From Podarcis muralis (lineage: Eukaryota), in contig NC_135659.1 of the NCBI RefSeq assembly GCF_964188315.1, positions 30,256,001 through 30,320,000 on the forward strand: 64,000 nt of DNA, given 5' to 3'. The translations under genes and the position numbers were made by a program. The notes beneath the pieces are model-generated. The model saw nothing but the letters and a program-made list of their open reading frames with translations, was not told the DNA's origin and made no database searches. Each line of letters begins with the position of its first letter. Within the stretch, counting starts at the first letter, position 1. Shown in pieces: positions 1-9,758 of the stretch.

Positions 1-3000
1 ACCCAACCCTAAAACAGTCACTCAACCCTAGGTTCTGGGAATTTCATAGCCGACGTCAAAATATCTCCCTCTTCCGCGTTTTAAGCGATTTCTCTTGCTA
101 ACAAGAAATGCAAACGAGCTATGTGGAAATCACAGAGTGGGGTTTTTGTTTTGTTTTTTGGGTGGCGGTGGGGTGGGAGAGATTTAAATTTAAGAGAGAG
201 TAGGCAAAGGGATGAGGGGCTTGGACTTGTGATCACCTGACCCTTTCTAGTAATTCCATGGCACTAAGCCAATCCGAAACCCACGGTGGAAACAGTGGTC
301 TTTCTCAAAAATGGGTTTCAACCTACCACACCTCAAGGTTTAAACAACACGCGCACGCTCATATCGTCTGAGAATAATAATCCATTCAAAATCTCCTTTA
401 AAAAACACACATTTGAAAGGAAGGAACTATAGCGGTCTCGCCTTCTTCACATTTTATAAATTGCTTTAACTTAATGTAAACCTCGATTTTGGGAGGAGAG
501 CGGAGAAAGACGAATGGACTTCTAGCCGCACATATTGGTGGAGTTGGAAGCTCGAGTTTACCCTGTAGTTGTGAAACTTTTTCTGCGCGTACCAGGGTGC
601 TGTCCATTTTGTCCAGAATTTCCCCTAAAGAGAAAGAAAGAAGGGGAGAAAAAAGAGAGACAGGGAGAACTGTACTAATATAGAGATACAGAAATATAAC
701 CCAACAGAAAGCCCAGCTTTGAACCAAATGAACAAGAACAACACACCCGTATCTGCAAATTGATTCGCATTAAATAGGCTTTTTTCTGCTTCCACCCCTC
801 ACTTCCTTGATTTCTGCCCTTCCCTCAAGCCCTTAACTGTACGAAAATTGTGTGCATGTGTGTGAAACTTATGTGACAGACACACATTCAGACACTATTA
901 ACTGAAGCTTTTGAGAAAAAGTCGGTTTGGATGGCAATTCTGAAAGTCCCAACCCCTCCTCACAGAATAAACATTCCCAAATAATCCTCACTCACCCAGG
1001 GCCCCCTCCCAGGTCATTCTGCAGTTTAAGTTCAGAACTGGGGGGCGGGAATAGCAAGCCGAATTAAACAACAACAACAACAACCCTCCCAAACTCCTGA
1101 CTTTAAAATGTAGCCCATCAAGGAAAAACAACGACGTGGGTTTTGTTCACGGCAGCGCGTAAATTAGGCAGAAGCAGGCGAATCCCATTTGTAGGTTACG
1201 CGAATGTTAGAGAACCTCGATCGGACCCTCATTTTCTCTCTCCTTCTATTTTTCCGGCTTCTCTTCCTTGTTCTCACTTCATCAGTCTGAGCGCCTCGTC
1301 GTGCTCTTCGGAGGTCCTGCTCCGCCTGGGAACCGTTTCTGATTCCGCCCAAATCAAATATCATTAATAAAGATTAAGCGGATAATTATGACGCCCTCCA
1401 GACGTGGCCTGAAAGTGGGCCGCTCTGGCGCGTGGGCCACGCACCTGTCTCTTGGCAAGAGCGCTCTCCTGCCTGTTACATTATCTCGTCTTGCGGGAGA
1501 AATTTCTTCCATCTTTGCCAAAGGAAAGGAAGGTCGTTGGTCCAATATATAACCGCGCAGCTACCCTCTCCATTCCTTCTCAAATAAACCCAGATCATCG
1601 GAACTGAATTGTTTTCAGAGAGGAGTTTGGGGGAAGAGAAAGGCTGCCTGATATTTTAGAGAGTGTCCCTTTACAGAGAAAAAACAAAACAAAACCATTT
1701 GGCCATCAACTTTGACGCCCGAGCAAACCAATTCTTGGAAAGCGTGCGCCACTGATTTGAACTTGAGTTCTCAAGAATGCAGCGGTCCTAAATCTATTTT
1801 TTTATATATTTGGGGTTCGAGTGGAAATAAAGGAGACTTCCGAGGAAGCACGCTCCTCGGTGGGTGTTTTGGGAAGATTGCAACGTATGCAAACATACAA
1901 ACAAACGGGTATGTAAGGTGCACAACGCCAAGGCAATGAGTGTCATTTTAGGGGCATTCGTTCCTGCGGTTGAAATGACACTAGATTTGCAATGTTACTG
2001 CAGAATTAAAACTCTCTCTCCCTCTTCCCTCCACCTTTTTAAGGCCGATCTCCTTACTTTTACGCACGCACTTCTCCGGGGTATCTTTTTTAAAGAAAAC
2101 CAAAGGTCACAGAACGGAGCACAGTGGCGACTTTCCAAGCTGCTTTCTGCCTCCCCCAGCTAGCAACCCACCAATAACTACAAGCGATTCCCAGCTAGAC
2201 CTGCGATGGGAGATCGTCGGTGGGGGAGGGCAGGGAAAGGCGAGAGCAGTGTATGTGAGCGGGTGGTGGGGGTGGTGGGAGAGAGAGATTAAGCAATGGG
2301 GGCGCCCAAAGAAGACGGAAGCATCTCCCCTCTCTCGGATCTAGCTGTTCAATGTAGTCCCAAGCCGCTTGGCGCTGGGTTCTTCGCCGACACCTGCCCA
2401 GACGCAGGGGACGAGACCTAACTCAGGTATTTGGTTTCCTTCTCCGATTCTCTTGCTTTCCTCATCCTCTTATGGTGAGTTTCTCTATAGTTTTTTCTTC
2501 TTCTTTTGGACAAGGGGGTGTTTTAAACCGGCCCGCGTCCCTTTGCAAGCTAATCGGCCCCTTCCCTCTCCAATATTTTAGCCAGGAGCTAAATCTGCTT
2601 CTCCCTTTCTGAAAAGCGAACCATCGCTGCAACAGGGGCGCACGCAGGGAAAAGTCTACGGTGAACCGCTGCGTCTCCCCACCTCCTCACTCCACTGTAA
2701 ATTACATTCCCCCCCCCTCTCTCTTTTAAAAAGGAGGTGTGTGTCAACCCATCCACATCCCTCCCTCCTTTTCTATGTTTCTACTTTAATGTCCTTTCGC
2801 TTTCACTACAAATAATGGCTGAGAGAAGCCCCCTCCCCCCCAGGTTTGGATTTTGTCGTGTGTGTGTGTGTGTCGCAGGGGGGGAGAGGGAGGGGGAGAC
2901 TCCTGGCCCGTTTACCTTCGATTCCCCGAGTCCTTCAGGAGGGCGCAATGCGGAGTGAACTGTATCTCGCCGAACTTTGAATCATTCATTAGCACCTTAT

Positions 3001-3166
3001 AATTACTCTGCTAATTAGGCTGACACGGCACTTAATCGGGAGTAATACGTCGCCTTGTCACTGGCAGTTCGCATTACTCTGACATTCAACAAGAGACAGG
3101 TCGGAGTCGTGGCGTCCTGGAGAAAGTGACGCAAGTTGAGGATCTCCAAAGAATCGGCGGAAAATG

Positions 3167-3167
<1 letters not shown>

Positions 3168-3205
<38 letters not shown>
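3168..3205. repeat. (AC)n microsatellite
   Basis: Direct reading. Confidence 0.95.
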
Positions 3206-3208
<3 letters not shown>

Positions 3209-3326
3209 ATATGCACGCACTCTCCCCCTCTCTCTCTTCCGGAGTCTCATGCGGATAAGTAGGCACTATTCCGGTTTTAAGCCATGGGAGCTTAGTACAT
3301 GGGAGCTTAGTACAAGGGGAGAAACC

Positions 3327-3387
3327 GAAGGAAGGAAGGAAGGAAGGAAGGAAGGAAGGAAGGAAGGAAGGAAGAAGGAAGGAAGGA
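3327..3387. repeat. (GAAG)n microsatellite
   Basis: (GAAG)12 at 3327-3374 plus an interrupted extension. Confidence 0.95.
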
Positions 3388-3734
3388 AAAGAAAAAAAGG
3401 GGGGGGGAGCACTAGAGACCCCTGGAATCTGGCAGAGTGGAGTTGGCGGGCGGCACCCGAGCCCTACACTTTGCATCTGGCCCTGGGCCTCGCTGCGCCG
3501 GTGAGCTGCCTCTTCAAAGGACCAGGCATGCAGGCGGCGAATGGGCATCTCTTTGCCCGATTCCCATCTTTTCACCAGGCGCGGCTGCTCCCTTCCCTTC
3601 GCTCTCCTCTTGGAGAAACCGAAGCGAGCCGTTCCCCCACTTGGCTCCCGACCGAGATCTCATCTGGTCCATTTCTCATCCCTCTTTCCCTGTTCCGCCT
3701 CCTCATTCCTAGCTTCCACCATCCAGGAATGTTG

Positions 3735-3736
<2 letters not shown>

Positions 3737-3768
<32 letters not shown>
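3737..3768. repeat. (TAT)n microsatellite
   Basis: Direct reading. A second (TAT)n lies at about 6655-6694 in intron 1. Confidence 0.9.
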
Positions 3769-3770
<2 letters not shown>

Positions 3771-4299
3771 AAAAGCAAAACAAAAGAGACACCATACTCA
3801 CCTGTCTCCCAGACAAAGAAAATATGGGAATAGGGGAGAGCAGTAAGGAATCCCTAGAAAGCTGAACTGACCCCCCCTCTCCGCCTCCTCTTTGGAATGG
3901 ATGGATCCCCTGTGCGGATGCTTGTTTCGCTTTTGTAATGCATCGCCTTGATTTAAATATCTAGGGCACGTGAGATCTCACACCTCCCAACAGCTGGCAA
4001 ACATTATATATATATATATATATTTTAGAGAACTGTAACTGTTCTGTCTCACCCCTTAAATATCTTTCTCTCTCACTCTGTCCTTTAAAACAAATCCTGC
4101 ATTTCTTAATGATTTTTATTGGCGTCTAGTGTGGATAATAGCTAACCATTTACATCCAGATATAAAATTGGGGAGGGAAGGAGGGAGGGTGGAAGCCTGC
4201 AGATTCTAAAAAAGAACAGTCCCAGTTCTGAAACTGACAAGGTCCCTTGTCCTCCCCCATCTCCCCCCGCCCACGCCCCTTCTCCAGCTTCCCTTCACT

Positions 4300-4525
4300 C
4301 TTATTGGCTGCCAACTGCTGAGCGTCAGGTTCGACCATCGTGGCTGCCAATGGGGGGGCTCCTATTCTACGGCGGACCAAAACCGAAAAGAAACAACCTC
4401 CCCCCCCACTCACACACAAAGGGGGGGGGAGGAAACCCACCCCAAACAAACCTAAACCCTCTTGGATGGTTTAGAATAAAGTGCGCGCAGGCGGATGGCA
4501 ATGGCTGTGACGTCACGGGCGGAGT
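4300..4525 (+). promoter_or_regulatory. Candidate BARHL2 proximal promoter (CCAAT boxes, CRE, GC box)
   Basis: ATTGG 4303-4307, CCAAT 4347-4351, palindromic GTGACGTCAC (full CRE) 4507-4516 and adjacent GGGCGG 4517-4522, at the 5' edge of the CpG island. TSS not determinable from sequence. Confidence 0.55.
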
Positions 4526-4585
4526 GGCAGGAGAGAAGGCGGCTGGCGCGAGGAAGAGGCAGGCAGTGGCCGAGGCTCGGCGTCG

Positions 4586-4846
4586 CCTCCTCCTCCTCCT
4601 CCTCCTCCTCCTCCTTTTGCACCACGCCTCAACTTTCCAAGAAAGTTCAATAACTCCTGGGCGCAGGCGAGAGAGAGAGCGCGCGAGCTGGAGAGCCGAG
4701 AGGCTGGCGCTGGGAGACCGAGGTGCCGCACCAGGCAGCCCCGCCGGCTCGCCCGCCCCGCTGCGCCTCTGCCTTCGCCATCAGCATCATCGCGCCTCTT
4801 CTTCTTCTTCTTCTTCTTCTTCTTCCTCCTCCTCCTCTTCTTCCTC
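4586..4846. repeat. (CCT)10 and (CTT)9(CCT)4(CTT)2 tracts upstream of the start codon
   Basis: (CCT)10 at 4586-4615 and compound pyrimidine tract at 4798-4845. Confidence 0.95.
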
Positions 4847-5477
4847 AAGCCACCTTCTTCCTCCGGCTGCATCGCGCGTCCCCCTTCCACAGCGCCCAGG
4901 CGATGCCGTCCATTCCACCCGGGCGAGCGCGGCTGCTCTCTCTTAGCGCTGCCTGAACAAGACGCCAAACACGTGTGCCAGGCTGGGGGTGGTGGGGGGC
5001 GTGTGTGTGTGTGTGGTGGGGGGCGAGTGTGGGGGGCCAGCTCTTCCAGAGGGTGCCGATCTCGCGCCTTCCCTCCGATTTCTCCCCCAATTTCCCTCTA
5101 TTCCTTCACGCTCCCCTTGCTCCATCGTTATCCCCCCCCCCTCTCCAGAGTCTCTCTCCGTCTTTTGTGTGTTGTTCATGTCCGCATCTCGTCGCCCCCC
5201 CTCCGTGCTCTGCCTCCCCAAGCCCTCTCCTTCCCCCCGTGTGAATTTCGGCCTTAGACAGCCGTGCTTGGCGAGCTCCCGAGTCGTCCAGGATTGATCG
5301 GCGTCGATTGTTTTGTTTTGAAATCCGTGGGTCGGTCGATCTTCCAGATTCCACTCGGTGCAAAAAAAAAAACCACAAAAAGCAAAAAAACCTGTTCGTG
5401 CGAGAGAGAGAGAGAAAAGGAGCCGCGTTGGGGGAGGTCTGGGGGAATGATCGAAGGCGCTTCTTGGAACGGCGACC

Positions 5478-6078
5478 ATGGAAGGGTCTAGCGGCTCCAG
5501 TTTTGGAATAGACACGATTTTGTCTAATCCCAGGTCCGGCAGCCCGGGCATGATGAACGGGGACTTCCGAGCGGCCCACGGCGAGGCCCGCGCGGCGGAT
5601 TTTCGCAGCCAAGCCACCCCTTCGCCCTGCTCGGAAATAGACACTGTGGGGACGGCTCCCTCGTCGCCCATCTCGGTCACAGCGGAGCATCCGGAGCAGC
5701 AGCCGCAGTCGCAGCATTTGGCGCAAGACGGGCTCCCTGCGCAGCATCTTCACCTCCATCACCCGCAGCAGCAGCAGCAGCAACAACAAAGTTTGCAGCC
5801 ATCTCCCCAGCAGCAGCAACAGCAGCAGCAGCAACTGGGTTCGGGCAGCTGTGCCCCCAGGACTTCCACTTCTTCGTTTCTCATCAAAGACATTTTGGGA
5901 GACAGCAAACCGCTGGCGGCTTGTGCACCTTACAGCACCAGCGTCTCGTCCCCTCATCACACCCCCAAACAAGAGAGCAACGCGGCCAGCGAAAGCTTCC
6001 GGCCAAAGCTGGAGCAGGACGACAGCAAAACCAAACTGGACAAACGCGACGACTCCCAGAACGAGCTCAAATGTCACG
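5478..6078 (+). CDS. BARHL2: BARHL2 coding exon 1
   Basis: ATG in strong Kozak context (gcgaccATGG). Translation MEGSSGSSFGIDTILS...SFLIKDILGDSKPLAACAPYSTS...KCHG matches the vertebrate BARHL2 N-terminus as I recall it. It has two FIL/eh1 motifs (FGIDTIL 5502-5522, FLIKDIL 5877-5897) and ends at donor G|gtgagt (6079), phase 1. Confidence 0.97.
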
Positions 6079-6653
6079 GTGAGTAAAAGGCAGCGTGCGC
6101 CTTTTCCGTCCTTCTTCCTTCGCCTTCCTTTTTTTTTTTTTTTTTTTTTTTTACGCGCGAGGAGGCTTCGAACGTTCCCGGCGTTCCATTGTTTATGTTT
6201 CGAACGTTCGGTACGTTCTCGCGGCGCTCCCCCGAGTTTCGAATGTTTCTGTTGCACGAAATTCCTCTCGGAACTTTGGACGTCGACTTGGAACGTTGAG
6301 ATGATTTGGCCATAAGCGAAGAACTGAGACGTTTTAGGGGAAAAAAGCACCGGGAAAATAAAGCCAAGCCCGGTCAGGGCATTAAAAAGCACTTTCAGTT
6401 TATTTATTTATTTTTTGCAAAGAAATAGAGTTCTCAAACTTTTCTTTTTGCATTTTAAAGAATTAAATATTTAAAGAATATTTATATAACTGGGAATATT
6501 TATTCTCTGTCCGTGAGGTTGTGCATCTTTTCCTTTACCTCCCATTAAAAAGTTGGTAGTGGTGCAAGAAATTTGTGTTCTGAAAGTGTGCTCTTCAACA
6601 ACACTAATATAATAAATAGCTGGGTGTGATTAGATATTTTAAAATGCATATAT

Positions 6654-6696
<43 letters not shown>

Positions 6697-7981
6697 TCCT
6701 GTTTACACTATTTTTAAAACACAGCTCGCAGAAGTTTAGGAACTATTAATTAATAAGACTCATTTCCGAGAGCGTTCAAAGAAAGTGATCTTTTAACAAA
6801 AGTTTTTAAAAGATGGTTGATCTGATTGGATCCCCCTTTTCATTTTTATTTTATAACCCTCGTGAAGCAGCCTCGCCAGCTGATTTTATACTGTATTGCT
6901 GGTTCCGTGGGTTATCTTAAGGAGTGTGCAAGAAATGTGCATTTTCTTAAATCCAAATATATAAGGGCGCGTGTGTGCAAGCCTGTAACATTCTGCCAAT
7001 CGCTGGGGAAAATAATAATAATAAAAAGCTGCTGCCAAGGGAATCCCACTTATCAGGGCAGGAGCCTTTGAAACGCGGAGGTAAGAGCAGACACATTTTG
7101 CTAATTTTACAGCCTTCAGATATTTTGCAGTGGCTAATAGATGGGCGCTCCAGTATGCTATTCATTTTGCCATTTTAGCATTAGCATAAGAGTGTCCAAA
7201 AACAGATGTACAGCCTCGTCTAGCGATTTTTTTTTGTTGGTTAGTTGGTGCACCAACCTCCCCAGTGGGTCAATTAGAGAGATTATTGTTCTTCCTGCAG
7301 GGAAGATCAAGGAGCGCCGAGAAAGAGAGAGAGAGAAGGGGGGAGGGAGAGAAACACCCCAGTACGAACACAGATGGATTGACATATCGATTTCCTAACA
7401 TTTCAGCACCAGAAAACCCAACCCAGAACAGAACTCCTAGTTGCCAAAGAGAACCCGGCAACCCTTGCGCCGTCGTCACCTGGGCTGGCGAAGTCCAACT
7501 TTGCTTCTTTCCCCCGTGACGTAGCAGTCCACGGCTTGGTTTTATAATAACCGTTTTCCCCAAGTGCACTTCGAAAGCGGGGGAAAGAAATAGGGATTTG
7601 CCGGACGGAGAGGGAAATCAAGCCCCTCCAGAAAGACGGCTGTTATTTGTGCGCGACAGGAGGAATCACCACTCCTGGGAAATCCTTTTTTTGAGTCACA
7701 GCCTCCTCCCTGAGATTCAGTTCTTAATCCATGGGACCCTACTGCGGCCAACTAAATTGTGGACTGCGGCGAAAAAATACAACCGCTCCCCAGAAAAAAA
7801 TAAATAAACCATAATTAGTTCTACTGAACAAATCGGTTGAATCCAACCAAGACCAAAACAAGGAAGGTCTTCCAGACCAGGCTGGGGAGATATTGTGTTT
7901 GGGTTTGCGCTGCCCCAGTGCACTGTCCCTGCGCTTTCCTCCGGCACTAAAACCCGACCTCTGCGTCTTGTTCTTTCGTAG

Positions 7982-8207
7982 GGACAAAGGAAGAAGGCGA
8001 CCGTGAGATCTCCAGCAGCCGAGACAGCCCTCCGGTGCGAGCCAAGAAGCCCCGCAAGGCGCGGACGGCCTTCTCGGATCATCAGCTCAACCAGCTGGAG
8101 AGGAGCTTCGAGAGGCAAAAGTATCTCAGCGTCCAAGACCGCATGGATTTGGCGGCGGCCCTCAACCTGACCGACACGCAGGTCAAAACCTGGTATCAAA
8201 ACCGAAG
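7982..8207 (+). CDS. BARHL2: BARHL2 coding exon 2 (most of the homeodomain)
   Basis: Acceptor ttctttcgtag at 7981. Frame continues from exon 1 (G+GG=Gly): [74 protein letters not shown]. Tyr in WYQNRR is diagnostic of the Bar class. Donor AG|gtaggg at 8208. Confidence 0.98.
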
Positions 8208-9479
8208 GTAGGGCAGGCAGAAGCACGTGGAGGGGGCGAAGGCCTTTCCCCTGGTTCTCCTTGGCATTCCCTCCCCAGTTTTCCCAATACACCGACTCCC
8301 TTATGTTACCGACTGTAATTTAGGAAGGGGGAACTCAACAGGAAAGCAACCCGCAGCCTGGGGAGTTGCTGTCCTGCTTCCATTTCCCTTGGTTTTACTC
8401 CCAGGAAAATCTGCAGATTTGGCTGCAACCCTAAAAACGACTTTCCTGCGCGTAAATCTGCTTTTTGGGAAGCCAAATAAAGTCTACGGTTTCCAAACCG
8501 CTTCACTCCACCGCCCCAATCCAAGGTTCTTTACCAAGAGAGCGCAGATAAGGAACGCGTGCTCTGTGTTTGGGTTTCTCCTACCAGGACGCCAAATCGA
8601 GCTGGGGACGGTTGCCTTCTCTCCCTGTGGGCCCCGCAAACCCCCGCCAGTTTGCCCCTCTCCTTTCCTACACGTGTACCGTGGTAGTGAGTAAAAGACA
8701 GGAATCAACCCCCTCTCCCCCACAGCAAAACAAAGGATGGAAAGTGGTGGAGAGTTAACGTGTCAATCAGTGGCGTGGCTTCTTGAGAAAGCTAATTAAC
8801 ATGGCAGGAATCTCGACGTGGAGGGATCCTGCCTCGACGGGTGACCTTAGAGTTCTAGTCTAGGGTCTGGCCCATTTCCCTAAGGCCCCAGCCTCCTCTT
8901 GGTCGCTCTCCCAGTTTCTCTCTCTCCCCCCCATCTTCCTTCGCCCCATGTTTCTTTCCCCCTTTAAAAATTCGGTTCTTGGCGCGCCTCTCCAACCCAC
9001 TTGGAAAGCGCTGCCCTTTTTCCAAGCGTTTCCTCGCTCTTGGCGCCTGTGGATAAGAAACTGGGGTGGGGGGCTGGATGAAGAAACCAAGTCTTAAATG
9101 AGTATGTCTCCCCACCCCTCCCCTCAAGAAATCAACAACAACAAAGGCGCTGCAAGAGCAGAAAGCGGGGATTTCTAGCTTCTCGTCGATGACGGCTGCG
9201 TTGGAAAAGCGCGTCCAGTTGTCGTCTTTGCCATAATTTTCTGTCTCATTACATACGGTCGCAGCCACCCTAATTCTGTCGGAAAACATTAGTGTCATTT
9301 ATCGCCAATCTAAACAGCAGCGCCATGTTTATTAATTTGGCTGCAATTGCTGGGTCGTGATTTTGTGTGTGAGAGAGAGAGAGAGAGAGGAGGAGAGCGA
9401 AAGAGCGAATGTGTGCAGGATGCACCAGCTCCGGCAGCTTACTGGGGCTGAGAGAGATGCATGGAGACTCAGAATGGGA

Positions 9480-9482
<3 letters not shown>

Positions 9483-9556
<74 letters not shown>
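9483..9556. repeat. Inverted compound microsatellite (TG)20-TAG-(CA)15C
   Basis: Direct reading. A further (AC)n lies at about 9722-9757. Confidence 0.95.
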
Positions 9557-9560
<4 letters not shown>

Positions 9561-9720
9561 ACTGCACTAAGGTTCTGGAATAATTGACTCGCTATATACT
9601 CTGATTATTTATCAGCGTTCCTTTAAGTCGGCTGGCAGGAGTTGGATGTGTGTATGTTGAAAATATTCGAACAAATGACTTAATTTGCTTTCGGTTGGGT
9701 GATGCTTGCTATGAATTACA

Positions 9721-9758
<38 letters not shown>

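Larger units (their letters stand above)
4480..6310. promoter_or_regulatory. CpG island over promoter and exon 1
   Basis: Visibly high GC and CpG density. Further CpG-rich patches at about 7900-8230, 10700-11450, 12600-14100 and 16400-17450. Not computed. Confidence 0.75.

Noticed and set aside
3283-3314. Short perfect tandem duplications (15 bp here; similar at about 22523, 26462 and 61390)
   Set aside because: Ordinary slippage duplications with only two units. Not CRISPR-like, since there are no spacers.
3015-3846. 186-214 aa ORFs upstream of the gene
   Set aside because: Built from (AC)n, (GGAA)n and (TAT)n microsatellites.
4350-5680. Several 80-245 aa ORFs over the promoter region
   Set aside because: Their homopolymeric runs derive from (CCT)n, (CTT)n and (TG)n repeats in a CpG island with few stop codons.
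6167-6220. Canonical heat-shock element
   Set aside because: Only two-unit GAAnnTTC cores. The third nGAAn unit is absent or out of phase. Kept only as an unexplained palindrome array.
5106-6392. 428-aa minus-strand ORF antisense to exon 1
   Set aside because: Shadow ORF of a GC-rich, CAG-repeat exon. Low-complexity translation (poly-L, poly-K from the T-run) with no recognisable domain.
7717-8292. 191-aa minus-strand ORF
   Set aside because: Antisense shadow of the homeobox exon.
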